64,000 nucleotides of DNA, taken from assembly GCA_017398945.1 (NCBI GenBank), contig JAFQES010000014.1, positions 2,394 through 66,393 on the forward strand, read 5' to 3'. Below are positions 18,166 through 28,525 of this stretch, piece after piece (position 1 is the first letter of the stretch; every line of letters starts with the position of its first letter). The translations under genes were made by a program, and so were the position numbers. The stretch comes from Bacilli bacterium (lineage in GTDB: Bacteria > Bacillota_I > Bacilli_A > RF39 > UBA660). A model generated the notes under the pieces. The model worked only from the letters and a program-made list of their open reading frames with translations. It had not been told where the DNA came from and did no database searches.

Positions 18166-18653
18166 AACAGATTAATATAAAAAAACATGGTGGGGATTGG
18201 ACAATGTTAAAAATTATAAAATTATGTTCTGGAGCTACAATAATATAAATTTTCCCATAAGATTTTATATCATTTTCGTTTTTTGTAGATAAGAACATGC
18301 TAATTTCATGAAATCTTTTGATGAGTTTTAATTTTTAATAAGCTTCTACTTTTAATGGACTGGTCTATAATGTTAGGTTTTTATTTGCTTTTTGTAAAAA
18401 AAACACCTGTTACCTTTTTGAAAGATTGGCAATTATTGATAATAAAACCCAACTTATTGTTTCGATAATATTATTTATTAAACTTTAGTGGAGACAATGT
18501 AAGTGGCTAAAGATACATAATAGAGTAATCTTACAAAGTTTGGCAATGTTTGTTTATGAAATTCATTAATTAAAAAAATAATAATAAGATTAATTGTTTA
18601 TTTATTTGTTTTTTGTGTTAAAATAAGTTTAGTATTGGGTAGAAGGTGTGATT

Positions 18654-19586
18654 ATGAATTTTTTAAATGAAAATAGCGAAAAAGATTTACATTTAGTTTG
18701 TTCAGCTGATATAGGTTTAATTAGTCAATTAATCGATGAAGCTATATCTAATAATGTTAAATCCTTTTATATAAAAGTTTTGTGTGAGGAAAATATATTT
18801 TTAGTAGGATATAAAATGTTAGAAGATAGAATTGATTATTCTATTCGTTGGGATGATTTAGCTTCATTAGGGTTTGCTGCTGCAGAACATATTAGACGTA
18901 ATAGTAAAAATGAAATTTTAAGTTGTTTAAATTTATATGCTCAATCAAATAAATTTATTCTTTTAAGTTTTATGACTGGTGAAAGATCTGTAGAATATTC
19001 ACTTAAAAATAGTAATTTATTAGTTAATAGATTATGTATGAGAACATTTACGGAATATGAAAAGCATTCTATAAAAAAATGCGTGATTCAACAGAATATT
19101 ACTTCTATTTCCCTTACAATGGTATTTTCTGTTATATTTTTGGGGTTGGCTATATTTATAGAAGTTTGTGCATTTATACATGACAAAATTATGTGGGATT
19201 ATATTTTGGGAGGCATTATTTTTCTTGCTTTGGGAATTATTTTATTAATTATGTATTTTAATTTTAAAAATACTACGGTAGAATTTTGCGATAAAAAAAT
19301 AGTAAAAAATACATTTTCTAAAAAAAGAATTATATATAATATAACGGATATAGCTAAAATTGTTAACTATTATGTTGATGGAAGATTAATTAAATGCTAC
19401 ATACATTTGAAAAATAATAAAGTAATAAAGTGTTATATTACGATTTCTCGAGGAAGTGTTTATAAACCACATCTTGATGTTCTAAGAAATATATTAGAAA
19501 CAGTTAGATTTATTGAGTGTCTAGTCAGAATTAACAATGGAATCGTAGAAAATTTAAATACTGTTTCGTTAGTAAATTATAGATAG
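18654..19586 (+). CDS. Hypothetical membrane protein (2 TM plus C-terminal beta/PH-like domain)
   Basis: ORF with two hydrophobic helices. Confidence 0.6.
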   Translation: MNFLNENSEKDLHLVCSADIGLISQLIDEAISNNVKSFYIKVLCEENIFLVGYKMLEDRIDYSIRWDDLASLGFAAAEHIRRNSKNEILSCLNLYAQSNKFILLSFMTGERSVEYSLKNSNLLVNRLCMRTFTEYEKHSIKKCVIQQNITSISLTMVFSVIFLGLAIFIEVCAFIHDKIMWDYILGGIIFLALGIILLIMYFNFKNTTVEFCDKKIVKNTFSKKRIIYNITDIAKIVNYYVDGRLIKCYIHLKNNKVIKCYITISRGSVYKPHLDVLRNILETVRFIECLVRINNGIVENLNTVSLVNYR

Positions 19587-19597
19587 GTGGTATATTT

Positions 19598-20116
19598 ATG
19601 GAAAAAATTTTTAAAAGAGCTACTCGTGATATAAAAAGAGCTTATACTACTGATGTGATAAATAAAATGACATACGATGAAGGAAAATATTGTGGTGGAG
19701 ATGTTGTAGAATTTAAGTTTTCAAAAAGTATTTATTTGTTTTTTTTAGGATCTGCTTTGTTTTTCTTTCTTTTTCCTCCGCTAGTTATTTTTACCGGGGC
19801 TTTGAAGGTTGAATCCCCTAAAGATGGTTTTTATCTTCTTGCAATGTTTTTTGGAATAGCAATCATATGTTTAGTGTGTACTATTATCTTCTTAAAGAAA
19901 ATTATTTATATAAAAAGTCAAAAGGTGTTTGTAATTAGTAATATCTTCAAAAAAAAGACTTTTTATATGTATGACATAGATTATGTGAAAAGTAATCCGG
20001 GCGATGGATATATATTTTATATCAAAGGAAAGAAAGTGTTTAAAATAGGACTTCTGTTGGAAAATTCGGGAGAAGTATTGTTTCTTTTAAAAGAAAACAG
20101 AAAAAAAATAGTATAA
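19598..20116 (+). CDS. Hypothetical membrane protein (2 TM plus PH-like domain)
   Basis: ORF, two TM helices; similar layout to the upstream gene. Confidence 0.6.
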   Translation: MEKIFKRATRDIKRAYTTDVINKMTYDEGKYCGGDVVEFKFSKSIYLFFLGSALFFFLFPPLVIFTGALKVESPKDGFYLLAMFFGIAIICLVCTIIFLKKIIYIKSQKVFVISNIFKKKTFYMYDIDYVKSNPGDGYIFYIKGKKVFKIGLLLENSGEVLFLLKENRKKIV

Positions 20117-20133
20117 AATAGGGAGATATTGTT

Positions 20134-21126
20134 ATGTTAAATGAAAATGTGAACATATCACAAGAAGAACTTTTAAAGTCAACTAATTTATTAAAGTTGC
20201 TTGATAATTATTTTAACGAGAAGATAGTTGGACAAAAGAATCTTGAAATTTCTTTATTAACAGCGTTGTTAGCTAATGGTCATATTTTATTGGAATCAGT
20301 TCCAGGCCTTGCTAAAACTACAGCATCCAAAGTAATGACAGATGCTGTCGCTGGAAAATTTTCAAGAATTCAATGCACTCCTGATTTGTTGCCAAGTGAT
20401 ATAATTGGAACTCAAGTATATAATTATTCTTCTAGTGAATTTGAAACCAAAACAGGACCTGTTTTTGCTAATTTTGTTTTATTAGATGAAATAAATCGGT
20501 CTAGTTCTAAGACTCAAAGTGCTATGTTAGAAGCAATGCAGGAAAAACAGGTAACAATTGGCGGGGAAATTTATAAATTACCCGAGGTATTTATTGTTAT
20601 AGCTACACAAAATCCAATTGAACAAGAAGGTACATATTTATTATCTGAAGCGCAATTGGATAGATTTTTAATTAAAGAAAAATTAAATTATCCAACTATA
20701 TCTGAAGAAATAGAAATATTAAATAGAATTGAAAAAGAAATATTCGATTCTAATAATGCAATTATGAGTTTAGAAGACATAATTTTTTTACAAAACATTA
20801 GAAAGAAAGTTTATATTGATAATAGTATAAAAAAATATATTGCTGATATTATTTATACTACAAGATTTCCTAAAGGAATAATCCCTGATAATTTAGCAGA
20901 GTATATTGAGGCAGGGGCAAGTACGAGAGGAGCTATTGCTTTTATGGAGTGTGCTAAATCAGTTGCTTTACTTAATGGCAGAACTCACGTAATACCAGAA
21001 GATATAAAAACTTTAAGATATAGTGTTTTACGACATAGAATCGCTCTTACTTTTACTGCTTTAGCTGACAATGTATCAGTAGAAAGTATTATTGATGCTA
21101 TTTTTGGAGCTATTCAAACACCATGA
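20134..21126 (+). CDS. moxR: MoxR family AAA+ ATPase
   Basis: GHILLESVPGLAKT, RIQCTPDLLPSD, LLDEINR, ATQNPIEQEGTY.LSEAQLDRF. Confidence 0.95.
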   Translation: MLNENVNISQEELLKSTNLLKLLDNYFNEKIVGQKNLEISLLTALLANGHILLESVPGLAKTTASKVMTDAVAGKFSRIQCTPDLLPSDIIGTQVYNYSSSEFETKTGPVFANFVLLDEINRSSSKTQSAMLEAMQEKQVTIGGEIYKLPEVFIVIATQNPIEQEGTYLLSEAQLDRFLIKEKLNYPTISEEIEILNRIEKEIFDSNNAIMSLEDIIFLQNIRKKVYIDNSIKKYIADIIYTTRFPKGIIPDNLAEYIEAGASTRGAIAFMECAKSVALLNGRTHVIPEDIKTLRYSVLRHRIALTFTALADNVSVESIIDAIFGAIQTP

Positions 21127-21998
21127 AAAAAAGTTATATCAATAGGATAAAAAATAATGTTTCAATTTTTTCTAAAAAATATTCAAAAAACATACTAGAT
21201 GGCAATTATCGGTCAGTTTATAAGGGAAAAAGTTTAAATTTTGATGATTTGCGAGAATATGTGGTTGGAGATAATGTTAGAGATATTGATTGGAAAGCTA
21301 GTGCTAGAAGTAGAAAATTTTTAATTAAGCAGTATATTGCTGAAAAAAAACATAACATAATTATAATTATGGATGCAGACAAGAAAATGTTAGCTGAGTC
21401 AAAAGATGGGGACGAAAAAAAAGATATATCATTAATGACTGCAGGTACAATTGCTTATTTAGCAATAAAAAATGGTGATGAGGTGGGTAGTATTTATAAT
21501 TTAAATAATAAAATAGAATACTTTCCCTTTAAAAATAGTTTTTATCATTTAGAATTAGCTTTAGCCAGGTATGATTTAGATACAAATATTAATAGCACTT
21601 CAAATATAAATGATACAATTAATTTCTTACGAAATCATATTCAAAAAAATTTAATAGTATTTATAATAACGGATATTGATGGGTTAAATAGAATTGATCA
21701 AAAATATATTAAGGAATTATCAATGAGACATGATTTAATGATAATCACTATATCAGATGGCTTTATTTATGGAGATGAAACTTACGATATAGATAGCAAT
21801 GAATACATACCATTATTTATTTCGAAAAATAAAGAACTGTTAAAACTAGAAGAGAAGATTCATCAAGACGTATATTCAACCTTTGTAAATAAATCTAGTG
21901 GGTATAAAATTGGGATGACTGTAATAAATAGTAATGCTGAAATCCCTATGAAAATTATATATTTATTGGAGAGTTATAAGTATGCAAATAGAATTTGA
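21123..21998 (+). CDS. DUF58 domain protein
   Basis: YKGKSLNFDDLREYVVGDNVRDIDWKASAR. Confidence 0.92.
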   Translation: MKKSYINRIKNNVSIFSKKYSKNILDGNYRSVYKGKSLNFDDLREYVVGDNVRDIDWKASARSRKFLIKQYIAEKKHNIIIIMDADKKMLAESKDGDEKKDISLMTAGTIAYLAIKNGDEVGSIYNLNNKIEYFPFKNSFYHLELALARYDLDTNINSTSNINDTINFLRNHIQKNLIVFIITDIDGLNRIDQKYIKELSMRHDLMIITISDGFIYGDETYDIDSNEYIPLFISKNKELLKLEEKIHQDVYSTFVNKSSGYKIGMTVINSNAEIPMKIIYLLESYKYANRI

Positions 21999-22434
21999 GT
22001 TACAACCTTTATTTTCTTTTTCAATAATCCCCGTGTTAATAATTTTAGCTATTTTTTTGAGTATGACTGCTTTTTTTATAAAGAAATTTTTAAAGCCTAA
22101 AGTAGTTGAAAGTAAAAAAACTGTTAAAAATGTTAGCTTAATTAAGTCACAATTTTTAGAAAAAATTAGTGACTTAGAAACAAAATTTGAAAATAAAAAA
22201 TTAACTAGTCGAGAAGCTTATCAAGAACTAAGTTTGTTAATTAGGTTATTTGTTTATGAGCTAACCAGTTTAGAAGTTCACAAATATACTCTTAGAGAAA
22301 TAGAAAAAATAAATATTCCTGTTCTTACAGAACTAATTAAAGAATATTATGATCCGGAATTTTCAAAATTATCAAGAGGAAATATAAAAAATTCGATTGT
22401 AAAAACAAAAGAGGTAATTGAAAAATGGAATTAA
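21982..22434 (+). CDS. Single-TM protein of the MoxR-VWA operon
   Basis: N-terminal TM, LSLLIRLF..T..EI; overlaps both neighbours. Confidence 0.7.
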   Translation: MQIEFELQPLFSFSIIPVLIILAIFLSMTAFFIKKFLKPKVVESKKTVKNVSLIKSQFLEKISDLETKFENKKLTSREAYQELSLLIRLFVYELTSLEVHKYTLREIEKINIPVLTELIKEYYDPEFSKLSRGNIKNSIVKTKEVIEKWN

Positions 22435-23432
22435 GATATAAGTTTGTTTTTGTAATTGGTATAATCTTATTAGTTATATTATGCATTATAAATTTTAAAA
22501 ACAAAAAATATTCATATAAAACAGGCAAAAAAATAGCCAATACAAAGTTTGTTAAAGAGAATAAACAATTTAAAAAGATAGCAAAAAAATATAAACTTTT
22601 TAATTATATGATAACAGGTTTATTTATATTAACAATTTTATTGGGTTTGGTATTATTATCTCGACCAACTTCTATAAAAAAAGTTAAAGAGAATGAGTAT
22701 ACTAGAGATATTTTTTTGTGTATGGATGTATCAATGTCTGTTGTGGAATTAAACGGAAAAATTGTAGATAACTTAAAAGAGACTGTGAAGAATTTAAATG
22801 GAGAGAGATTTGGTATATCAATATTTAATACTAGTTCAGTTACTTTAGTTCCCTTAACTAATGATTATGAATATATTTTGGCTATTTTAGATAAGATTAG
22901 TGTTTCAATAGAAGCCAATCTTAATGCAGATTATTCGTCATTAACAGAGGCTGACTATATAATGGCAGGAACTTTGGAGGGAAATGAACAATATGGTTCT
23001 TCGTTAGTAGGAGATGGGCTTGCAAGTTGTGTAAATAGCTTTCCGGATTTAAAAAATGATCAAGGAAGAACTAGAATAGTTATATTTACTACTGATAATG
23101 ATGTTGCTGGTACACCAGTATTTTCTTTGGAAGAAGCTGGTAATTTTGCAAAGAAAAATAATGTTTTAGTGTATGGGGTTGCTACTCAAAATATTACTTC
23201 TACTAATTTAAGTTTATTTGAAAAGTCTATGAATATCACTGGAGGAAAGCTATATCATGAGGCTTCCGATAATGTTGATAATATTGTAAAAGATATAGAG
23301 AAAACTAGTAAAAGTAAAATTGAAGGAACTGAAAGAACAATTAAAACAGATATTCCATCTATTCCATTTATTCTACTTTTATTTTCATATTTAGGTGTAA
23401 TATTTCTTTTTAAGAAGGTGATATACAGATGA
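22425..23432 (+). CDS. VWA domain membrane protein (BatA-like)
   Basis: MIDAS DVSMS, LVPLTNDY, FTTD; TMs at both ends. Confidence 0.85.
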   Translation: MELRYKFVFVIGIILLVILCIINFKNKKYSYKTGKKIANTKFVKENKQFKKIAKKYKLFNYMITGLFILTILLGLVLLSRPTSIKKVKENEYTRDIFLCMDVSMSVVELNGKIVDNLKETVKNLNGERFGISIFNTSSVTLVPLTNDYEYILAILDKISVSIEANLNADYSSLTEADYIMAGTLEGNEQYGSSLVGDGLASCVNSFPDLKNDQGRTRIVIFTTDNDVAGTPVFSLEEAGNFAKKNNVLVYGVATQNITSTNLSLFEKSMNITGGKLYHEASDNVDNIVKDIEKTSKSKIEGTERTIKTDIPSIPFILLLFSYLGVIFLFKKVIYR

Positions 23433-24370
23433 TTATTAGTCCAATTATACCTATATGGCTAATTATATTTATATTTCCTTTGTATTGGGTTATACGAAGT
23501 AAAAATAAAGTTGCTTTTGTTCGGCATTTTATAATATTATTATTAATGTTTTTAATAAATCTAAGAATAATGACTCCTAAAAATGAAACAAGTATTATGA
23601 CTAATAATTTAGATGTTTTATTAGTATTTGATACAACTGTTAGTATGTTAGCAGCAGATTCAGAAAAGGATATGCCTAGATTAAACAAGGCTAAGGATGA
23701 TAGTATAAAAATATTTGATTATTTTGATGGAGCAAGATATTCTATAATTACTTTTGATAATAAATCAAGAATTTTAGTACCTTTTACGTACGATAAAAAA
23801 ATGGCTATTAGTTCAATTAAGGCATTAAATTCTATTAATAATTTTAATGCGTATGGAAGTTCTTTAAATCTTCCATACGATGATATATATTCCCAAATTC
23901 AAAAATCAAATAAGGAAAAAAGAAAGAATGCTATTTTTATTTTTTCTGATGGCGAAATTACTAATGGGGAATCTTTAAAGTCTTACAAAGAATTAGCAGA
24001 TTTAATTGATATGGGATCTGTTCTTGGGTATGGGACTATTTCTGGAGGGGAGATGTTTGTAGAAGACTATTTTACAGGTGAAAAAGAATATGTAGAAGAC
24101 ACTACTGTATTTCCATATGAAAGGGCTATCTCACGAATTGATGAAAATAATTTAACTAAGCTGGCTACTGATTTAAATATTTCATATATAAATATGAATA
24201 CTTCTAACAACGATATTGATAATAGGTTAGAACAAATGAAAAAAAGTATTTCTTATGATATAAATGAAGTTAACACGATTTCATATGAAGATATATATTA
24301 TATTTTTGTTATTCCGTTATTAGGGTTAATAGTATATGAATTTATAGCTTTTAAAAAGGAGTTTAAATGA
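23429..24370 (+). CDS. VWA domain membrane protein (BatB-like)
   Basis: DTTVSMLA.D, LVPFTYD, FSDGE, LGYGT..GG. Confidence 0.85.
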   Translation: MIISPIIPIWLIIFIFPLYWVIRSKNKVAFVRHFIILLLMFLINLRIMTPKNETSIMTNNLDVLLVFDTTVSMLAADSEKDMPRLNKAKDDSIKIFDYFDGARYSIITFDNKSRILVPFTYDKKMAISSIKALNSINNFNAYGSSLNLPYDDIYSQIQKSNKEKRKNAIFIFSDGEITNGESLKSYKELADLIDMGSVLGYGTISGGEMFVEDYFTGEKEYVEDTTVFPYERAISRIDENNLTKLATDLNISYINMNTSNNDIDNRLEQMKKSISYDINEVNTISYEDIYYIFVIPLLGLIVYEFIAFKKEFK

Positions 24371-25032
24371 AAAAAGGTTTATTAATAATCTATGCTTTTG
24401 TAGTTTTTCTTTTTTTAGAAATAAGTATAACTTTTATTTTAAATACAAAAGTTATACATGATTATAATAGGACAGTATATAACGAAAATCTTTCTAACAA
24501 TTTGATTTCTTTTACTTTGTTTGAAAAATATATATCATATTATAATTATGGTAATATTTTGTATAAAAATCAAAAATACTCAGAAGCAAGAATACAATAT
24601 GAAAAGGCTTTAGTTAGAAATGTTCCTAAAAATAAAGTTTGTGATATAAGAATTAACTTAGTGTTGACAATTATTAAAGATATTGATACCTTTAATATGA
24701 CAGTAGAAAAGCAGTTGGCTACTTTGCAAGAAGCAAGAAAATTATTGTATGAAGATAGTTGTGCAAATATTGACAATGATTTAGGAAATAGTCAAAAAGC
24801 AGAAGATTTAGAGCAAAAAATTAAGGACTTAGAAAAGTCTTTAGGAAGTTCTTCTGATACTAAAGATGAACCTGAAAATAAAAATGAAGATGAAAAAGAA
24901 AATGATATAGAGGAACAAAAAAAAGAAGAGTTAGAAGAAAGAAATAGCACTTCTACTCAGAGTAGGCAAGAAGAATTACAAAATTATGAAACATTAGATG
25001 ATTATCATTATTACAATGGAAAGACTTGGTAA
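24367..25032 (+). CDS. TPR-containing membrane-anchored protein (BatC-like)
   Basis: YYNYGNILYK..KYSEA..QYEKAL TPR; acidic tail ending in W. Confidence 0.75.
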   Translation: MKKGLLIIYAFVVFLFLEISITFILNTKVIHDYNRTVYNENLSNNLISFTLFEKYISYYNYGNILYKNQKYSEARIQYEKALVRNVPKNKVCDIRINLVLTIIKDIDTFNMTVEKQLATLQEARKLLYEDSCANIDNDLGNSQKAEDLEQKIKDLEKSLGSSSDTKDEPENKNEDEKENDIEEQKKEELEERNSTSTQSRQEELQNYETLDDYHYYNGKTW

Positions 25033-25052
25033 ATAAAAGGGAGAAAATAAAA

Positions 25053-25469
25053 ATGAGTAAAAAATTAGTTATTATATTAATACCATTATTAGTTATTTTA
25101 ATTGGCATAGGAATTGGAACATATATGTATGTTTTGAAACAAGGATTTGATGCTGTAGAATATATAGAACTTGATAAAGAGGTTGTTGTTAAAACTTTAA
25201 AATCATATAACATTGGTTCTTCAAATGATACTTTTAAAATCACTACCGAAATACAACCTGTAAATTATCCTAAAGGTACCACTGTTTCATTTAGTCAGCA
25301 TATAAATTATGAAATTGTTGTTGATGAGAAGCTATATGCAGGAAAATTTATTTTTGATTCAAATAAAGGAATTTCTTCTGAAAAAGATAATAATACAAAA
25401 TACGATGTAGATATTACAGGGTATAATAGCAAAAAATCCACTGTAACAGTAACTATCAGTGATAAATAA
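25053..25469 (+). CDS. Hypothetical N-anchored secreted protein
   Basis: N-terminal TM, AAGGGAG RBS. Confidence 0.65.
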   Translation: MSKKLVIILIPLLVILIGIGIGTYMYVLKQGFDAVEYIELDKEVVVKTLKSYNIGSSNDTFKITTEIQPVNYPKGTTVSFSQHINYEIVVDEKLYAGKFIFDSNKGISSEKDNNTKYDVDITGYNSKKSTVTVTISDK

Positions 25470-25667
25470 AAAAGATATTAAGGTGAAAAAATAATGTTGA
25501 AATTACTGTGGCTGGTGAACAATATTATTGTTTTATGTTATATGATGAAAAAATAATTTGGTGTTGGATTATATATAAAAAACAATTTGGTAACTTTTAA
25601 AAAGTAATTAGGTATTCACTAATTATTTTTTTATGTTATAATATAACAGAATAGTAGGGTGATTGTG

Positions 25668-26810
25668 ATGTATTGTCCAAAGTGTGGAGATAAAGTTGAA
25701 GTAAATGAAAGATTCTGTAATAAATGTGGGGCTTTAATACATACAAAATTAGAACCTAAAGAATCAAAAAAAGATACTAAGCTCATGTTGATTTTGGGGG
25801 TTTGCTTAGGATTGATAGTTACAATTATAATTTTTGTGATTATTATTTTAAATAAAAATAATATTACTTATGTTGATGATCCACCAAAGGAAATTATAAC
25901 AGATGTTGATACTCCTCCGGAAAGAAAAGGAAAATATTCAACTATTATAGTAACAGATAACTTTTATGAAGGGGTTTCAATAAAAAACAAAAAAGATATT
26001 AACAAACTAATTATTGAGGATTCTGTTAAGCAAAAAAAATATTGTCCTGAGGAAATTTTGGAAATTGAAAATACAATAATTAAAAAATTTGATATTACTG
26101 CGGTTAATTTATGTGAATTAAGCACTGATTTTTCGAAAGAACTTGTTAATGTTTTGCAGGTCATTTATGATGAATATCCAGAAATAAGAGGAAATTTGAC
26201 TAATTTGACGTTAATTAATACTTCAATAAATGAAAGTTATATTGCTGCATTTGCGATGTATTATAATTTTGCTACTGCTGATACAACATCGACTTATCCA
26301 TGGGGAATAAAAACCCAAATATTTCTTAATACAAAATATTTTTTAAACGAATCTTATTTAGATAGTTCAGTTGAGGCAGGGTCGGCATCAGGGCACTTTA
26401 CTCCAAATGCTACTAAATATTCTGTGGTAGCTCATGAATTTGGGCATTATTTATCGTATATGGCATTGTTAAAATCAAAAAATATAGAGTCAACTCTGTT
26501 GGTTAACGAAAAAAATTTAGATTTAGTATATGAAATAATGGCAAATTATAGCCAAGGAAAATATTCTTTAGATATGATTGAAGAAGCTTATAGAAGATAT
26601 GTAAGAGATACAGGAGATATTATTGGTATTGATGAATGGCGTGGTACTATCTCAAATTATGCTTTAGCTAAAGATGATAGTGGTAAATATATATATGATG
26701 AAACAATAGCTGAATCATTTGCTGATGTATATGCTAATGGTAGTAATGCAACTGCTGCTAGTCGATATGTTGTTGAAGTATTAAAAGAAAGAGTGTCAGG
26801 TGATAGTTAA
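25668..26810 (+). CDS. Zinc-ribbon + TM + extracellular HEXXH metallopeptidase
   Basis: CPKCG..FCNKCG; TM; VAHEFGH...ISNYA...ETIAESFA. Confidence 0.75.
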   Translation: MYCPKCGDKVEVNERFCNKCGALIHTKLEPKESKKDTKLMLILGVCLGLIVTIIIFVIIILNKNNITYVDDPPKEIITDVDTPPERKGKYSTIIVTDNFYEGVSIKNKKDINKLIIEDSVKQKKYCPEEILEIENTIIKKFDITAVNLCELSTDFSKELVNVLQVIYDEYPEIRGNLTNLTLINTSINESYIAAFAMYYNFATADTTSTYPWGIKTQIFLNTKYFLNESYLDSSVEAGSASGHFTPNATKYSVVAHEFGHYLSYMALLKSKNIESTLLVNEKNLDLVYEIMANYSQGKYSLDMIEEAYRRYVRDTGDIIGIDEWRGTISNYALAKDDSGKYIYDETIAESFADVYANGSNATAASRYVVEVLKERVSGDS

Positions 26811-28525
26811 TGAAAAAGATTGGAATACTATTATTAACATTTACTGTTGGATTAATTTCTGTTCTAGCAATTAAGAGTAATTTTAAAATAGAGTTAAATA
26901 AACTTTCTTTTAATAATTCTGAAAAGAAAAATAATGTTTTAAATGACTTTGAACAGCTATATGAACTTAATTATTCTATCAAGGAGGATACTGCTTTAGA
27001 AGATACAATTACTAAATTGTCAAAAAAAACTACAAAACTATTATTAGGAGATTTTAATAATACAAATGAGAGCAGTGAAGAATATTATAAAAGACGTCAA
27101 GAATATATGGCGTTAAGATATAATCCTGAAATACCAAAAGATGAAAATAGTTTTACTGGGTTAGATGAGGATAGTGAGGAATACTTAGATGATATTGTAT
27201 CTGGAATGTCTGTTCCTGGAATATTTAATATGCTTAGTGAATTAGGAGTTATATATAACTCATTTGGAAGTATAAGAATTTCTAACGCTAATGGAATAGT
27301 AATTAGTACTGTAGTTCTACCTAATGTAGGAATAAAAGAAGAAAGTAAAGATAATCCTATGGAATATAAAATGGTAGAAACAAATTTAATAATGTATTAT
27401 TATTTTAAAAGTTTAAATGGAGAATATAAATTATATTATCTTTATGGTGAAACAACTGATGAATTGGAAGATTATATGATTGAAACTGAAGAGAATGAAA
27501 ATGTTATGGGGTTAAATGTTGCTACAACATATGATTCTAATTTAAGAGAAATATATGATTTTTCAAAACTAGATTCCTTAACAGAGACTGAGATTAATAA
27601 TGTTTATGAAAAAAATAAAGATAATATTGTGTATTTAAACTCTTATTACAATAGTTATGTTCAAAATGTTGCAAATGGTTTTTTCATTAAGGATAATTTA
27701 ATTGTAACCACATGGAATTTTATTGAAAAATCATTGATTGATTCGCAACAAATAATTATAAAAGATGTTAATGGAATTGTTTATGAATTCGAGGGAATTG
27801 TAACACTTAATCCAAATAGTGATATTGCAGTTTTAAAGGTTAAGGCAGAAAATAAAGGAATTGATATTGGAAACATTGTACCAGAAATTGAAGATGTAGC
27901 AATTTTACTTGGTTCAAAAATGGGGATTGGTACAACCCTTCAAAAAGGAATTATAATAGCAAATGATGGTTACCTAAAAACAAGTATTCCATTAAGTGAA
28001 TCTAATCAAGGAAGTCCTATTTTTGATAGAAGTGGCAATATGATTGGAATGAATACTTCAAAGTTACTAGGAGCAGGTACATCAATTGCTGTAAATAATG
28101 AAGCTTTAAAAGAAGTATATAATAAGTTTGATAATGTTAATACTGAAAATATTAAAGTTGTTACATTTGATGAATTGAAAAGTAAGTATTATTATCAAAC
28201 ATCTAGTAAAGAAGAAATATTAAATAATATACCAAAATCGAAATGGAATGAATATGCTAAAATTGGAAATATTGAGGAAAGCTTAAATCTAGAATTAGTA
28301 AAAGCTAATTATAAAAAAGGAATAGTTAGTTTAAGGTATAAAAACAGTGTTGCTAACCTTATAGATAGTATGATGTTAATTTCTTCTTTTAAGGATAACT
28401 TGGTAAATGATGGTTATAAATTGATATTAAATGAATCCAAAAAGTTAGTATATGAAAATTCTAAATATCAGATTGTTATTATGGAAGAATTTGATTATGT
28501 AATAATAGTGATGGTGAAATTATGA
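26810..28525 (+). CDS. Secreted/anchored protein with catalytically dead trypsin (HtrA-like) domain
   Basis: NGFFI..IVTTWNF..SDIAVLKV..SESNQGSPIFD..G.MIGMNT; catalytic His replaced by Asn and Ser by Gln. Confidence 0.7.
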   Translation: MKKIGILLLTFTVGLISVLAIKSNFKIELNKLSFNNSEKKNNVLNDFEQLYELNYSIKEDTALEDTITKLSKKTTKLLLGDFNNTNESSEEYYKRRQEYMALRYNPEIPKDENSFTGLDEDSEEYLDDIVSGMSVPGIFNMLSELGVIYNSFGSIRISNANGIVISTVVLPNVGIKEESKDNPMEYKMVETNLIMYYYFKSLNGEYKLYYLYGETTDELEDYMIETEENENVMGLNVATTYDSNLREIYDFSKLDSLTETEINNVYEKNKDNIVYLNSYYNSYVQNVANGFFIKDNLIVTTWNFIEKSLIDSQQIIIKDVNGIVYEFEGIVTLNPNSDIAVLKVKAENKGIDIGNIVPEIEDVAILLGSKMGIGTTLQKGIIIANDGYLKTSIPLSESNQGSPIFDRSGNMIGMNTSKLLGAGTSIAVNNEALKEVYNKFDNVNTENIKVVTFDELKSKYYYQTSSKEEILNNIPKSKWNEYAKIGNIEESLNLELVKANYKKGIVSLRYKNSVANLIDSMMLISSFKDNLVNDGYKLILNESKKLVYENSKYQIVIMEEFDYVIIVMVKL

